Shown here in pieces: positions 37,107-46,102 of a stretch of DNA of 64,000 nt; within the stretch, counting starts at the first letter, position 1; each line of letters opens with the position of its first letter. The notes beneath the pieces are model-generated. The model ran no database searches, was not told where the DNA came from, and saw only the letters and a list, made by a program, of their open reading frames with translations. The translations under genes and the position numbers were made by a program. Source of the DNA: Candidatus Xenobia bacterium (lineage in GTDB: Bacteria; Vulcanimicrobiota; Xenobia; Xenobiales; QWHO01). Where the stretch lies: contig BTUM01000007.1 in NCBI GenBank assembly GCA_045863235.1, forward strand, positions 32,001 to 96,000, read 5' to 3'.

Positions 37107-38585
37107 TCAGTCCTCGAGCCAGGCCGAGCGGCGCACCAGCCCGTCCGGGCCCAACTCGGCCGGATACAGATGCCCTCCGGCCGGACCCAGGCTGATGTCC
37201 TCGGGCCCGAGCTTGGAGAGCGCCAGGCAGGCTTCCTGGATGCGCTCGCGGGTGATGTCCTGGCGCGAGAGCCAGCTGAGCTTTCCGTCTGGACCGAAAG
37301 TCAGGGTCAGGCCGCCCTTGACCTCGCCCGCCAGGCCCTCGGCTTCCACTCGTTGGCGGGAGAGGAACTCCCAGCGCTCTCGGCCCTGTTGGTCGCGACC
37401 GGTGCGGTAGAGCTGGTAGGCCGAGGCGTCCACTCCCAGCACCTGCTGGTGGCGGCGCAAGAAGCGCACGGGATCGCTGGTCTTCTGCAGCCGGGGTAGC
37501 TCGTCGAACTGGCGCCGCCAGGCCTGCAACTCCTCGGCGCTCAGGAGCTGGCGCTCGCTAAAGACCCGGCTCAGGGTTTCCTCGTGCGCTCCCCCGTAAA
37601 GCTGGCGGTCGGCCGTCAGCATGCAGCGGGCCACCTCCGGGAGCGTGGTGGAGGAGGGGCTGAGCATGGCCACGGCGTGCAGCAACAGCCGTCCCAGCAC
37701 CTCCGCGGCGCTGGAGAGGTTCTGACCGGCGGGCCCGGCCATGGTCACCAGGCAGCGATAGAAGGCCCCGGTGAAGATCTGCCCGTAGGAGTGGTCCTGG
37801 CGGGTGAGCTCGTCCGGCGAGCCGTGCTCGGGCAACTGTTCCATCGGCACGTAGAGAAAGTTGTTGTTGGCGTTGCGCAAGAAGGATCGCTCGTCGGCCG
37901 GGTTCCAGGCCTTGCGCCAGGCCAGCCCGAACTCCTCGGCCACCCGGTTGATGGGGTTGTCGCGCAAGAGGTCGCCCCCCGTCTCGCTCAGGGCCCTCTC
38001 CACCAGGGCGGGCCGCGAGGCCGCCACCAGAATGGCCATGCAGTCGCCGAACGACTCGTGGAAGGCCCGCGAGTGCCCCCCCCAGTCGTACAGGAACTCG
38101 GGTTTGAGCCCGTCGAGCAGAGCGTGGCCGGTCTCGTGGGCCACCACGTCGGCGCACTGGGAGACCTGCACGGTCTTGTCCAGGGGCCGCGAATCGAAGG
38201 AGTAGAACTGGATCGACTCGTCCTGGCGCACGTAGTAGGCGTTCATGCCGTTGCCCTGGTGGGGGCGCACGCCCAGCGAGCGGTCCGAGAAGGCCCACTC
38301 GATGCTCTGGTCGGCCAGTCGCTCGGCCAGGTCCAGGGTCTGCTGCGCGGTCGCGAAGGAGGTGACCTGGTCGAACTGGGGGGTGGACGGCTGCTCGAGG
38401 TAGTTGCCGTCCACGTTGGGTCGGGCCCGCCGATAGAGGGGATCCTCGATCTCCAGGCGCGGCCCTTCCAGGCGGTCGCCCACCTTCTCGGCTTCCAGCG
38501 TCACACTGGTCGGCTGGCTCTCCACCCGGCTGTCTTGCAGGTAGGCGGAGAGCTGCACGGTTCTGGGGAGTGCAGCCACTTGCAT
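37107..38585 (-). CDS. M4/M36-like zinc metalloprotease
   Basis: MNAYY, DVVAHETGHALLD, FHESFGD and H-x5-FTGA. Confidence 0.85.
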   Translation of the reverse strand: MQVAALPRTVQLSAYLQDSRVESQPTSVTLEAEKVGDRLEGPRLEIEDPLYRRARPNVDGNYLEQPSTPQFDQVTSFATAQQTLDLAERLADQSIEWAFSDRSLGVRPHQGNGMNAYYVRQDESIQFYSFDSRPLDKTVQVSQCADVVAHETGHALLDGLKPEFLYDWGGHSRAFHESFGDCMAILVAASRPALVERALSETGGDLLRDNPINRVAEEFGLAWRKAWNPADERSFLRNANNNFLYVPMEQLPEHGSPDELTRQDHSYGQIFTGAFYRCLVTMAGPAGQNLSSAAEVLGRLLLHAVAMLSPSSTTLPEVARCMLTADRQLYGGAHEETLSRVFSERQLLSAEELQAWRRQFDELPRLQKTSDPVRFLRRHQQVLGVDASAYQLYRTGRDQQGRERWEFLSRQRVEAEGLAGEVKGGLTLTFGPDGKLSWLSRQDITRERIQEACLALSKLGPEDISLGPAGGHLYPAELGPDGLVRRSAWLED

Positions 38586-38685
38586 GGCTGGCATCTTAGC
38601 TTCGACTGTCCGGGTGGGGTTTGCCGGGATGTAAACCTGCGCGTTTCAGGGTTCTTTCAGGTCTGAAGTGTTCCCTGGTGCCATC

Positions 38686-39456
38686 ATGTCACGCCCGATC
38701 AGCCAGCGGTGGCGAAGCGACGTCGCCAGCCTGTGTCTGGACGGAGGAATCGGCTTGCTGGAGAGCGGTGCCGAGACGTCCCGGGTGGAGGAGACCATTG
38801 CCTACCTGGCCTGCGCCTACGGGGTGCCAGTGGAGAGCATGGTCACCCCCACCGGGCTCACGGTCTCGGTGGGGGAGGAGGAGACGACCACCCGCATCGC
38901 CCGCGTCCACCGTCGCAGCATCGACCTGGACAAGGTCACGCGCCTCAACGAGCTCTCCCGCGAGCTGGTGGTGCACAAGGTCGATCTTGAGCAGGCTCTC
39001 ACCCGGGTGGAGGACATTCGCCACGCCCCCCCCGGCTTTGGCCGCTGGACCCAGCTTCTGGCGGCGGCGCTTGGGGGCCTGGGCTACACCGCCCTGGCCG
39101 GAGGGACGGGGGCCGAGCTGCTGGCCGGGGCTCTGGCGGGCCTGCTGGTGCGGCTGCTGGGCGAGCGTTTCTCGAAGGCGTTCCCTCCCTTTGTCACCAC
39201 CTCGCTGGCGGCCTTCGTGGCCACCCTCTGGGCCACCCTGAACGTGGCCCTGCTGGGACTTGACAGCCAGAAGATCGTGCTGGGAGCCATCTTACCCCTG
39301 ATGCCTGGCCTGGCCCTGGTGGCCTCGGTGCGCGATCTGATGGCTGGCGAGCTGGTCAGCGGGTTGGCTCGAGGGGCTGAAGCCATGCTCACGGCTTCCG
39401 CCATCGCCGTGGGTGTCCTGATGGGCCTGAGCCTGCAGAGGAGCTGGGGACTGTGA
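38686..39456 (+). CDS. Threonine/serine exporter family protein (ThrE/YjjP)
   Basis: LLESGAETSRVEET, IDLDKV..LNELSR, LMPGL..VASVRDLMAG; multiple TM helices. Confidence 0.9.
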   Translation: MSRPISQRWRSDVASLCLDGGIGLLESGAETSRVEETIAYLACAYGVPVESMVTPTGLTVSVGEEETTTRIARVHRRSIDLDKVTRLNELSRELVVHKVDLEQALTRVEDIRHAPPGFGRWTQLLAAALGGLGYTALAGGTGAELLAGALAGLLVRLLGERFSKAFPPFVTTSLAAFVATLWATLNVALLGLDSQKIVLGAILPLMPGLALVASVRDLMAGELVSGLARGAEAMLTASAIAVGVLMGLSLQRSWGL

Positions 39457-39896
39457 GCCTGTGGTTGGGAACATTGCTGGGCGGGCTGTCGACGGCCATC
39501 CTGTTCAACGTGCCTCGCAGGCTCGTGCCGCTGGCCCCGCTGGCCGGCCTGGCGGGCTTGCTCGCCTTGCAGCTGGTGGAGGGCCACTATTCCAGGCCCG
39601 GGGCCCTTTTCGTGGCAGCTTTCGCGGTGGGCATGGCCTCCGAGCTCCTGGCCCGCTGGCAGGGCTGTCCCGCCCTGGTCTTTTCGGTCAACGGCATCCT
39701 GCCGCTGGTGCCCGGCGCGGTGGCCTATCGAGGGATGGCGGCCACGGTGCGAGCCGACTACCTGCTGGCGGCCGAGCTCTTGACTCTGGCCTTGCTCTCG
39801 GCCGGGGCCATCGCCACCGGGCTCTTGCTGGCCAGCGCCCTGTGGCGGTTGAGGCCGCGAGCGCGGCTCAACCGAGCAGCCTGCCCCGGAGGATGA
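39453..39896 (+). CDS. ThrE_2/YjjB family exporter subunit
   Basis: ILFNVP and GILPLVPG; hydrophobic; GTGA coupling to the preceding gene. Confidence 0.88.
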   Translation: MSLWLGTLLGGLSTAILFNVPRRLVPLAPLAGLAGLLALQLVEGHYSRPGALFVAAFAVGMASELLARWQGCPALVFSVNGILPLVPGAVAYRGMAATVRADYLLAAELLTLALLSAGAIATGLLLASALWRLRPRARLNRAACPGG

Positions 39897-39967
39897 ACAG
39901 GCCCCAGAAGGCCAGCTCGAGGGGCCAGGAGGATGAACTCCCCGACCCGCCAGAGCAGGACGACCCT

Positions 39968-40207
39968 TCAGGGAACCAGCAGAAAGAGCAGGTCGGGAAC
40001 GTGTGCCACGACGTAGAGCAGCCACTTCACGACCCTCAGCACGAAGTCCAGGCGAGAGTTCGATTCCACCTTGTCGGGCCCGAGCGCGAACAAGAGCAGG
40101 AAGGGAGTGAGCACCAGAGCGAGCACAAGGCTCAGCTTGAGCCAGGCGAGCAGGGCGGCGCATCCTACGAGGGCACGGAGCAGAACTTCCACGGGGCGAA
40201 AGAGCAC
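39968..40207 (-). CDS. Small hypothetical membrane protein
   Basis: 79-aa hydrophobic ORF with an AGGAG RBS; no family recognised. Confidence 0.4.
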   Translation of the reverse strand: MLFRPVEVLLRALVGCAALLAWLKLSLVLALVLTPFLLLFALGPDKVESNSRLDFVLRVVKWLLYVVAHVPDLLFLLVP

Positions 40208-40390
40208 GGGTGGCGTCTCCTGTCGATTGGGATCCCCTGGATCTTACCGTCCGGAGCCGCCAAGTCGCCTTCAGGCGCTGCTCGCACGCTTGGCGAGCCA
40301 CTCAAACGGTCGCTCAGGCCTCGACCTGCAGATCAGATGCGCTGCCAGGTCGAAAAGGGGCCTGCCACCTGACTGCGAATGGCGGCTGCT

Positions 40391-41602
40391 ATGCGTTTGA
40401 TCGTCCTGTTGCTGCTGCTTTTGACCCTGCCACTTTCGGCCCAGACCGATAGCCCCGAGGAGCCGCGCGACGACGGACGGCACTCGGCGGGTCGGGTTCG
40501 ACTCGGAGGGGACGAAGGATTCGGAGCCGGCACCGCCACCTCCGATCCCACCGCACTGGAGGGCCCAAGTCGGATCGAGACGGTGCTGTTCAACTCCCGT
40601 CGCTTCAACACGGTGGATCTGACGCTGCACTATCTGCGCCGACTCTCCGACAATCAGGACTTGCTGCTGGAAGTGCAGGGGGGGCCAACTTCCCTGGGGG
40701 GCGATTTCAGCTACAGTTTCAGCGACCACCTCACCGTGAACGTCTCTGGCTCATCCGGCCGCAATCCGGCTTTCGAGCAGGGCCTGACCCGTGTCTACCT
40801 GGCCAACGGCGAAGAGCCCTACTTTCGTTCCCTGGGAGGAGGACTGGAGTACTCCGACCAGCCCTGCGACGAGCTCGGCCTGGCCGCGGCGCTGAATTAT
40901 CAGGCCGTTACGGTCGGTGACAGCCTGCTCGGGCCGGTGGTGGCCCCCCCGGTCGACCAGTTGGGCAACCGGCTGACCTTTTCGCCTGGCGGCCACGACG
41001 AGCTGCTGACCCTCAACTTCGTGGGCCAGCTCAACATCCTCGACCAGATGGTCAATCCCAGTGACGGCACTCGTCTTCGTTTTCAGCTCGAGCAAGCCAT
41101 CCCGGTGGGGGACAGCCAGATCACCTCCACCACCGCGGCAGCCAACCTGGCCCAGCTCGTCCCGATGCCCGGCCCCGGAGAAGGCTCCAGCTACCTGCTG
41201 ATCAACTTGCAGGGTGGAGCCATCGGCGGCGATGTTCCCCCGTATCGGGCCTTCAACCTGGGCGGCTCCAACTCCGTGCGCGGCTATCAGCTCGGCGGCC
41301 TGAGCACGGGCTCATCCTTCCTGCAGGCCACCCTGGAGTATCGCGGTTCCCTGACGAGATTCGAGTTGCTCGGCCACGAGCTCGAGCTCAAGGGCGTGCT
41401 CTTCTTTGACTACGGATCCGACCTGGGCACGGCCGACCGGGTGCTGGGTCAGCCGGGCGTGGCCCGCCAGAAGCCGGGGGAGGGGATTGGCTACGGCGCG
41501 GGTCTCTACTTCTTCAGTGACGTCGGGTTGTTTCGGCTGGAGGCGGGTTGGAACCAGCAGGGTCAGAATCAGCTCTTCTTCACGCTGGGGGACCGCTTCT
41601 GA
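40391..41602 (+). CDS. Omp85/BamA-TamA family outer-membrane beta-barrel with no clear POTRA domain
   Basis: Signal peptide, FNLGGSNSVRGY, GYGAGL, and C-terminal FFTLGDRF. Confidence 0.85.
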   Translation: MRLIVLLLLLLTLPLSAQTDSPEEPRDDGRHSAGRVRLGGDEGFGAGTATSDPTALEGPSRIETVLFNSRRFNTVDLTLHYLRRLSDNQDLLLEVQGGPTSLGGDFSYSFSDHLTVNVSGSSGRNPAFEQGLTRVYLANGEEPYFRSLGGGLEYSDQPCDELGLAAALNYQAVTVGDSLLGPVVAPPVDQLGNRLTFSPGGHDELLTLNFVGQLNILDQMVNPSDGTRLRFQLEQAIPVGDSQITSTTAAANLAQLVPMPGPGEGSSYLLINLQGGAIGGDVPPYRAFNLGGSNSVRGYQLGGLSTGSSFLQATLEYRGSLTRFELLGHELELKGVLFFDYGSDLGTADRVLGQPGVARQKPGEGIGYGAGLYFFSDVGLFRLEAGWNQQGQNQLFFTLGDRF

Positions 41603-41805
41603 GCTTGAAAGCGAGCCAGCACATCGGCCAGTTGATGGAGGAGAATCTGGTTGTCACTGGCGGAGCGCACACCGATTCTGAGATAGAAGTGGCTGTCTCC
41701 AAACTTCGCGCTGGCGTCCTTGAGCAGCAGCGTCCTGGATGACTTCGGCATGGAGGACTTCCTGTCCGGCGTTCCCCGGCCCGCCGCCAGGATGATGGCC
41801 TTCAT
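41569..41805 (-). pseudogene. Remnant of a nucleotidyltransferase-aminotransferase (class I/II) fusion with an internal deletion
   Basis: MKAIILAAGRGT (NTP-transferase start) is followed within about 12 codons by LLLKDASAKFGDSHFYLRIGVRSASDNQILL (HisC/CobD-like aminotransferase end). Confidence 0.65.
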
Positions 41806-41868
41806 GAGCCAGGGGTTCACGAGATCTGCCCGAACTCTTGCCGCTTGGGAATTCTCTATCCCGTGACC

Positions 41869-42558
41869 ATGAGGCGGGCGCGGCCGGGCGGGCGCTATCA
41901 GGTGGCCGGTCGGGAGAGGTGTGTGCCCGAGAACCTTCTGTTTCCCCGCCCGGCTTACTTCACGTGCGAGCAGGTGCTCACAGAGTTGGCCCGTCTGCTC
42001 GAGATGGTGGGGCGGCGATTCGATGAGGCTGGAATCTGCTGGTGGGCTACTCAGGGCACCCTGGTCGGAGCCTTGCGCCATCAGGGGGTGATCCCCTGGG
42101 ACCACGACGTGGACCTGAACCTGATGCTCGAGCAACTACCGCTTTTGCTCGAGTTGGAAGCAGAGTTCGACCGGTTGGGCCTGCGCCTGAAAAAGGCGGC
42201 CGGTGGATACAAGCTCGGATACGCCCGCTGGCCACTTTTCCCTTATCTCGACCTGGTGCCGATGGCTCAGCGCGATGCCGTCTGGCAACTGGCCTTTCCT
42301 CTCGACCAGGAAGGGCGACCGACTTTCCGCAAACATCTGCAGTGGCCCCAGGAGGCTATCAGGGACCAGGATCTGTTCCCTCTCCAGCGCTGGCCGTTTG
42401 AAGGCTTTGAAGTCTGGGTGCCCGCTCGGGCTCGGGAGTTCGCCCGGCAAATGTATGGGCCGGAGTGCCTGAGCTCGATTCATTGCCCACGATTTCCATG
42501 GCTTATCAATCATTATTGGGATTCAATTCTCTTTGCTTTGCGGTTGACGAGAGGCTAG
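41869..42558 (+). CDS. LicD family phosphotransferase
   Basis: WWATQGTLVGALRHQGVIPWDHDVDL, DLFPL and FEG; start uncertain (41845 or 41869). Confidence 0.88.
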   Translation: MRRARPGGRYQVAGRERCVPENLLFPRPAYFTCEQVLTELARLLEMVGRRFDEAGICWWATQGTLVGALRHQGVIPWDHDVDLNLMLEQLPLLLELEAEFDRLGLRLKKAAGGYKLGYARWPLFPYLDLVPMAQRDAVWQLAFPLDQEGRPTFRKHLQWPQEAIRDQDLFPLQRWPFEGFEVWVPARAREFARQMYGPECLSSIHCPRFPWLINHYWDSILFALRLTRG

Positions 42559-42588
42559 CAACTCAGATGCTCGAAGGGCACTCGGGAC

Positions 42589-43491
42589 GTGAACGAGCTG
42601 GTCTATACCTGGGTGGATGGCGCCGCGGAAGGGTACGAAGAGCTTTGCCGTCGCTACACCAGCAGTCCGCAAGACTTGAATCCCGAGCGTTATCGCGATC
42701 CCTACGAGCTGCTGCGCTACAGCCTGCGCTCGGTAGAGCAGTTCGTGCCCTGGATCGAGCGGGTGCTCCTCTTTACCTGCCGTCCGCAGGTGCCGGACTG
42801 GCTCTCGTCCGAGGTTACCGTCGTTCATCACGATGAGATCATCGACTCGCGCTTTCTCCCAACCTTCAGTCCCAACGTCATCGAGAGCTATCTGCACCTT
42901 CTCCCGCTCCAGAGCCCCTTCTTTCTTTACGCCAATGACGACTTTTTCTTTGGAGCCCCGGTCGCTCGGGAGGACTTTCTGACGCCCGGGGGCAGGCTGC
43001 GCGTCTACGGCACCTTGATGGGAGAGCAACTGGCCTGGAGAATCAGGGACCGCACTCAGGTCCCCTCCTTTGGATTCCTCGAGCACACCCCCTATCCGAT
43101 TCATCGCGAGCTCTGGGGGAAGATGCTCGAGCACTACGCTCGGGACGTGGAGGCGACTCGTCGCAATCGGTTCCGCTGCAGCGAGGACTTGCGGATGGAT
43201 CGCCTCTGGCGCTACTTCCTCTTGAGCCAGCATCGAGCGCGCTGCTCGGTCGTCTCGGGTTGGGAGGTGGTGCGGGGAGCGGCCTTCCTCAAACTGCACA
43301 ACGATGCTCCTCGACTCGAGAGGCAACTGGCCAACGTCGGCAAGCGCTTTCTCTGTCTCAACGACGACCAGGGCCCCTCTCCGGCTCCCTCGGCCCAGGC
43401 CGTGGTCAGGGAGTTCCTCGAGAGGAGCTATCCCTGGCCCTCTCGATGGGAAAAGCGGCCAGCCATCGGCCTCGAAAGTGGCGGATCATGA
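42589..43491 (+). CDS. Stealth family hexose-1-phosphate transferase
   Basis: CR1 VYTWVDG; CR2 LRYSLRS...PTFS..IE...FLYANDDFF; CR4 FLCLND. Confidence 0.9.
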   Translation: MNELVYTWVDGAAEGYEELCRRYTSSPQDLNPERYRDPYELLRYSLRSVEQFVPWIERVLLFTCRPQVPDWLSSEVTVVHHDEIIDSRFLPTFSPNVIESYLHLLPLQSPFFLYANDDFFFGAPVAREDFLTPGGRLRVYGTLMGEQLAWRIRDRTQVPSFGFLEHTPYPIHRELWGKMLEHYARDVEATRRNRFRCSEDLRMDRLWRYFLLSQHRARCSVVSGWEVVRGAAFLKLHNDAPRLERQLANVGKRFLCLNDDQGPSPAPSAQAVVREFLERSYPWPSRWEKRPAIGLESGGS

Positions 43492-44410
43492 TGGTGTTGG
43501 CGCGTCGCTCGTTGTTGCCCTGGCCGGAGTTGACTCTCCCGAGCGAGGTTTGGCGGTAGAGGTCCGCCAGAATCGGGTGCTGGATCGGAAAGCGCGCAAA
43601 CGGCTCCACCCAGCGCTCCGAGCGACAGTGAGCCGAGATCCAGACGTCATCGACGTAAAACGCGGCCTCGGGAGCATGGCTGTAGTCGTGCACCTCGGGC
43701 CCGAAGTAGCCCGGCTCGACTCGATAACCCGAGAAGCCCTGCAGGACGTCGATTCTCACCGGCTTTCGCAGGCGGCTGCACTTGAGGGGAGTCGGGGGCA
43801 GGCCGGCCAGGTTGCTCCATAACGTGGTGGGTCGGTCGGTCAGGTCGGACGGGACCCGCCACCCGCTCAGACCCGTGGCTCGAGAGTCGAACCGCTCGAG
43901 ATGGGCCAGAAAGCCAGGCGGATAGAGCCGGTCGTCGTCCACAACCAGCAGCGGGGTGCGCTCGGGAAGATCGAGGGCTGGCAGAAGCTTGGTGGCTGGA
44001 CCCAGGTCCGGGCAGCGCACCAATTCGACCGAGCGCAGGCAAGTCAGCCATTCAGGAAGGCGGTAAGCGACCTGCTCACGCCGACTGTGCTCGGGAAGGT
44101 GCAGTCGGATGCGGGCCGGGACCGGATCCTGGGCCAGCAGGCTCTTCAGGGTCCAGTGCAGGTGGGGGAGTCGGCTGGGAAGGGTGGTGAGACACGCGAT
44201 GAGACTGCTCTTGCGAGCTTGGGCCCAGCGCTGGTCCAGTCTCTCGAGAGCAAGACGACGCAGGCGGTTGAGGTCGAGCAGGTCTCGAATCAGGTCCCCT
44301 CCGGTAAGATGGTTGCAGGCCGCCAATCCGGCCCAGGTGGCCAGGGCGAGCCCGGCCCAGGTGCGGTTCATGACGACGCTTGTTCTGCCCACGGTGAAAG
44401 TGGCCTTCAC
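43406..44410 (-). CDS. GT-A fold glycosyltransferase
   Basis: LTTLPSRL, SLLAQ, DLGPATKLLP, VVDDDRLY and VDDVWIS; start 44410 or 44371. Confidence 0.8.
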   Translation of the reverse strand: MKATFTVGRTSVVMNRTWAGLALATWAGLAACNHLTGGDLIRDLLDLNRLRRLALERLDQRWAQARKSSLIACLTTLPSRLPHLHWTLKSLLAQDPVPARIRLHLPEHSRREQVAYRLPEWLTCLRSVELVRCPDLGPATKLLPALDLPERTPLLVVDDDRLYPPGFLAHLERFDSRATGLSGWRVPSDLTDRPTTLWSNLAGLPPTPLKCSRLRKPVRIDVLQGFSGYRVEPGYFGPEVHDYSHAPEAAFYVDDVWISAHCRSERWVEPFARFPIQHPILADLYRQTSLGRVNSGQGNNERRANTIMIRHFRGRWLAAFPIERARDSSSRGTP

Positions 44411-44473
44411 CAGACCCTGGCGCGGAGGGTCGACCTGGCCAGGAATTCCGGTCGCGTCGGTAAACCTGGCCGG

Positions 44474-46048
44474 GTGACCAGGGCGCGAAGGCTACGGGAG
44501 ATACTGGCGGGCAGCCAGTTGGAGTTCCTGCTGGAAGCCCACAACGCTCTCGCAGCGCGGATTGTGGAAGAGTCGGGCTTTGCCGGGATCTGGGCCAGCG
44601 GATTGGCCCTTTCGTCCCAGTTTGGGGTGCGAGACTCCAATGAAGCGAGTTGGACGCAGGTGGTCGACATGGTCGAATTCATGGTTGATGCCACCAGCAT
44701 TCCCATCCTGCTCGACGGAGACACCGGTTACGGGAATTTCAACAATCTTCGTCGGCTCATTCGTAAGCTCGAGCAGCGCTCGGTGGCCGGGGTGTGTATC
44801 GAGGACAAGCTGTTTCCCAAGAGCAACAGCCTGATGGGGGAGCACCATCAACTGTGCAGCCTGGATGAGTTCTGTGGAAAGATCAAGGCGGGTAAGGACA
44901 GCCAGACAGACCCGGACTTTTGCCTGATCGCTCGAGTCGAGGCCCTGGTGGCTGGTCAGAGCCTGAGCGAGGCCCTGCTTCGTGCTGAGGCGTATCGCCA
45001 GGCCGGAGCGGACGCCATCTTGATTCATTCTTGCCGGGCCCAGCCCGACGAAGTGCTTGCATTTGCTCGCGAGTGGGCCGGAAGAGGCCCCCTGGTCATC
45101 GTTCCCACCCGCTACTCGAGCACCCCGGTCGAGGTGTTTCGCCGGGCCAACATTCAGCTGATCATCTGGGCCAACCATATGCTTCGGGCCTCCATCGCGG
45201 CCATGCAGTCGGCTGCTGGTCGGATCAAGGCTGAGGAAAGCACCCTGCAGGTCGAGGATGAGATCGCACCACTATCGGAAGTGTTTCGACTTCAGGGTGC
45301 GGATGAGCTGGTGGCGGCTGAGAAGCTTTACCTCGGACGTCCTCTTCGGGCCGTGTTGCTGGCCGCCACTCGAGGCGAGATGAACGGTCTGACCTCGGAC
45401 AGACCCAAAGGGATGATCCCCATTGCCGGCAAGCCTCTGCTGAGTTGGACGGTGGACGCCCTCAAGGCCCTGGGGGCTCATCCCATCACCGTGGTGGCCG
45501 GCTGGCAGCCGGACGCGGTGGATCTGCCGGGTGTGGAGCGGGTGGTGAACGATGCCCACGCCTCCAGCGGCGAATTGGGCTCGCTCGCCCAGGCCCGGGA
45601 GGCACTGAGCCACGATGTCCTGGTGCTGTACGGCGATCTGCTGCTTCGCAGCTACATCCTGCGTGAGCTTGCCGGGAGCACGGCCGAAGTCACGGTGGTG
45701 GTGGATTCCGACCTTGAGGGGCGCCGCAAGACGGGTCACCAGGACTACGCCCGCTGTGATCGGCCCGACGACCGCGGCGTCCTTCAACCCGTGGTGAGGC
45801 TCGTGGAGATCTCCGAGCGACCTCAGGAGGTCCACGGACGTTTCATCGGAGCGGCCAGCTTTCGAGCCGCCGGGGTCACCTGGCTGCGGGAGGCGCTGCT
45901 CGAGTTGCCTCCCAATCTTGGTCTGCCCGATCTCCTGAATCACCTGGTGGGGCGGGGCAATCCAGTGCGCGTGCTCTATATTCACGGCCACTGGTTGGAC
46001 GTCAATACCGTGGAGGATCTACCTCAGGCAGGCAGCTTCCTGGCATAA
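44474..46048 (+). CDS. pepM: Phosphoenolpyruvate mutase fused to a C-terminal cytidylyltransferase (PntC/LicC-like)
   Basis: EAHNALAA, DSNEASWT, DGDTGYG and the diagnostic EDKLFPKSNS (EDK-x5-NS); C-terminal LLAATRG..PKGM, YGDLL and WLDVN. Confidence 0.95.
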   Translation: MTRARRLREILAGSQLEFLLEAHNALAARIVEESGFAGIWASGLALSSQFGVRDSNEASWTQVVDMVEFMVDATSIPILLDGDTGYGNFNNLRRLIRKLEQRSVAGVCIEDKLFPKSNSLMGEHHQLCSLDEFCGKIKAGKDSQTDPDFCLIARVEALVAGQSLSEALLRAEAYRQAGADAILIHSCRAQPDEVLAFAREWAGRGPLVIVPTRYSSTPVEVFRRANIQLIIWANHMLRASIAAMQSAAGRIKAEESTLQVEDEIAPLSEVFRLQGADELVAAEKLYLGRPLRAVLLAATRGEMNGLTSDRPKGMIPIAGKPLLSWTVDALKALGAHPITVVAGWQPDAVDLPGVERVVNDAHASSGELGSLAQAREALSHDVLVLYGDLLLRSYILRELAGSTAEVTVVVDSDLEGRRKTGHQDYARCDRPDDRGVLQPVVRLVEISERPQEVHGRFIGAASFRAAGVTWLREALLELPPNLGLPDLLNHLVGRGNPVRVLYIHGHWLDVNTVEDLPQAGSFLA

Positions 46049-46073
46049 AAAAGCCCCCCGCGGAGCGGAGGGC
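46047..46073 (-). terminator. Rho-independent terminator of the lipoprotein gene
   Basis: Minus strand GCCCTCCGC-TCC-GCGGGGGGC followed by TTTTTT. Confidence 0.75.
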
Positions 46074-46102
46074 CTTGTTGTTGAACCGAGACCGAGCGAG
46101 TG

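Noticed and set aside
43901..44473. N-terminal extension of PepM
   Set aside because: Antisense to the GT-A gene; PepM homology starts near 44474.
44474..46048. Isocitrate lyase or methylisocitrate lyase call
   Set aside because: It has the PepM-specific EDK-x5-NS motif and lacks KKCGH/KRCGH.
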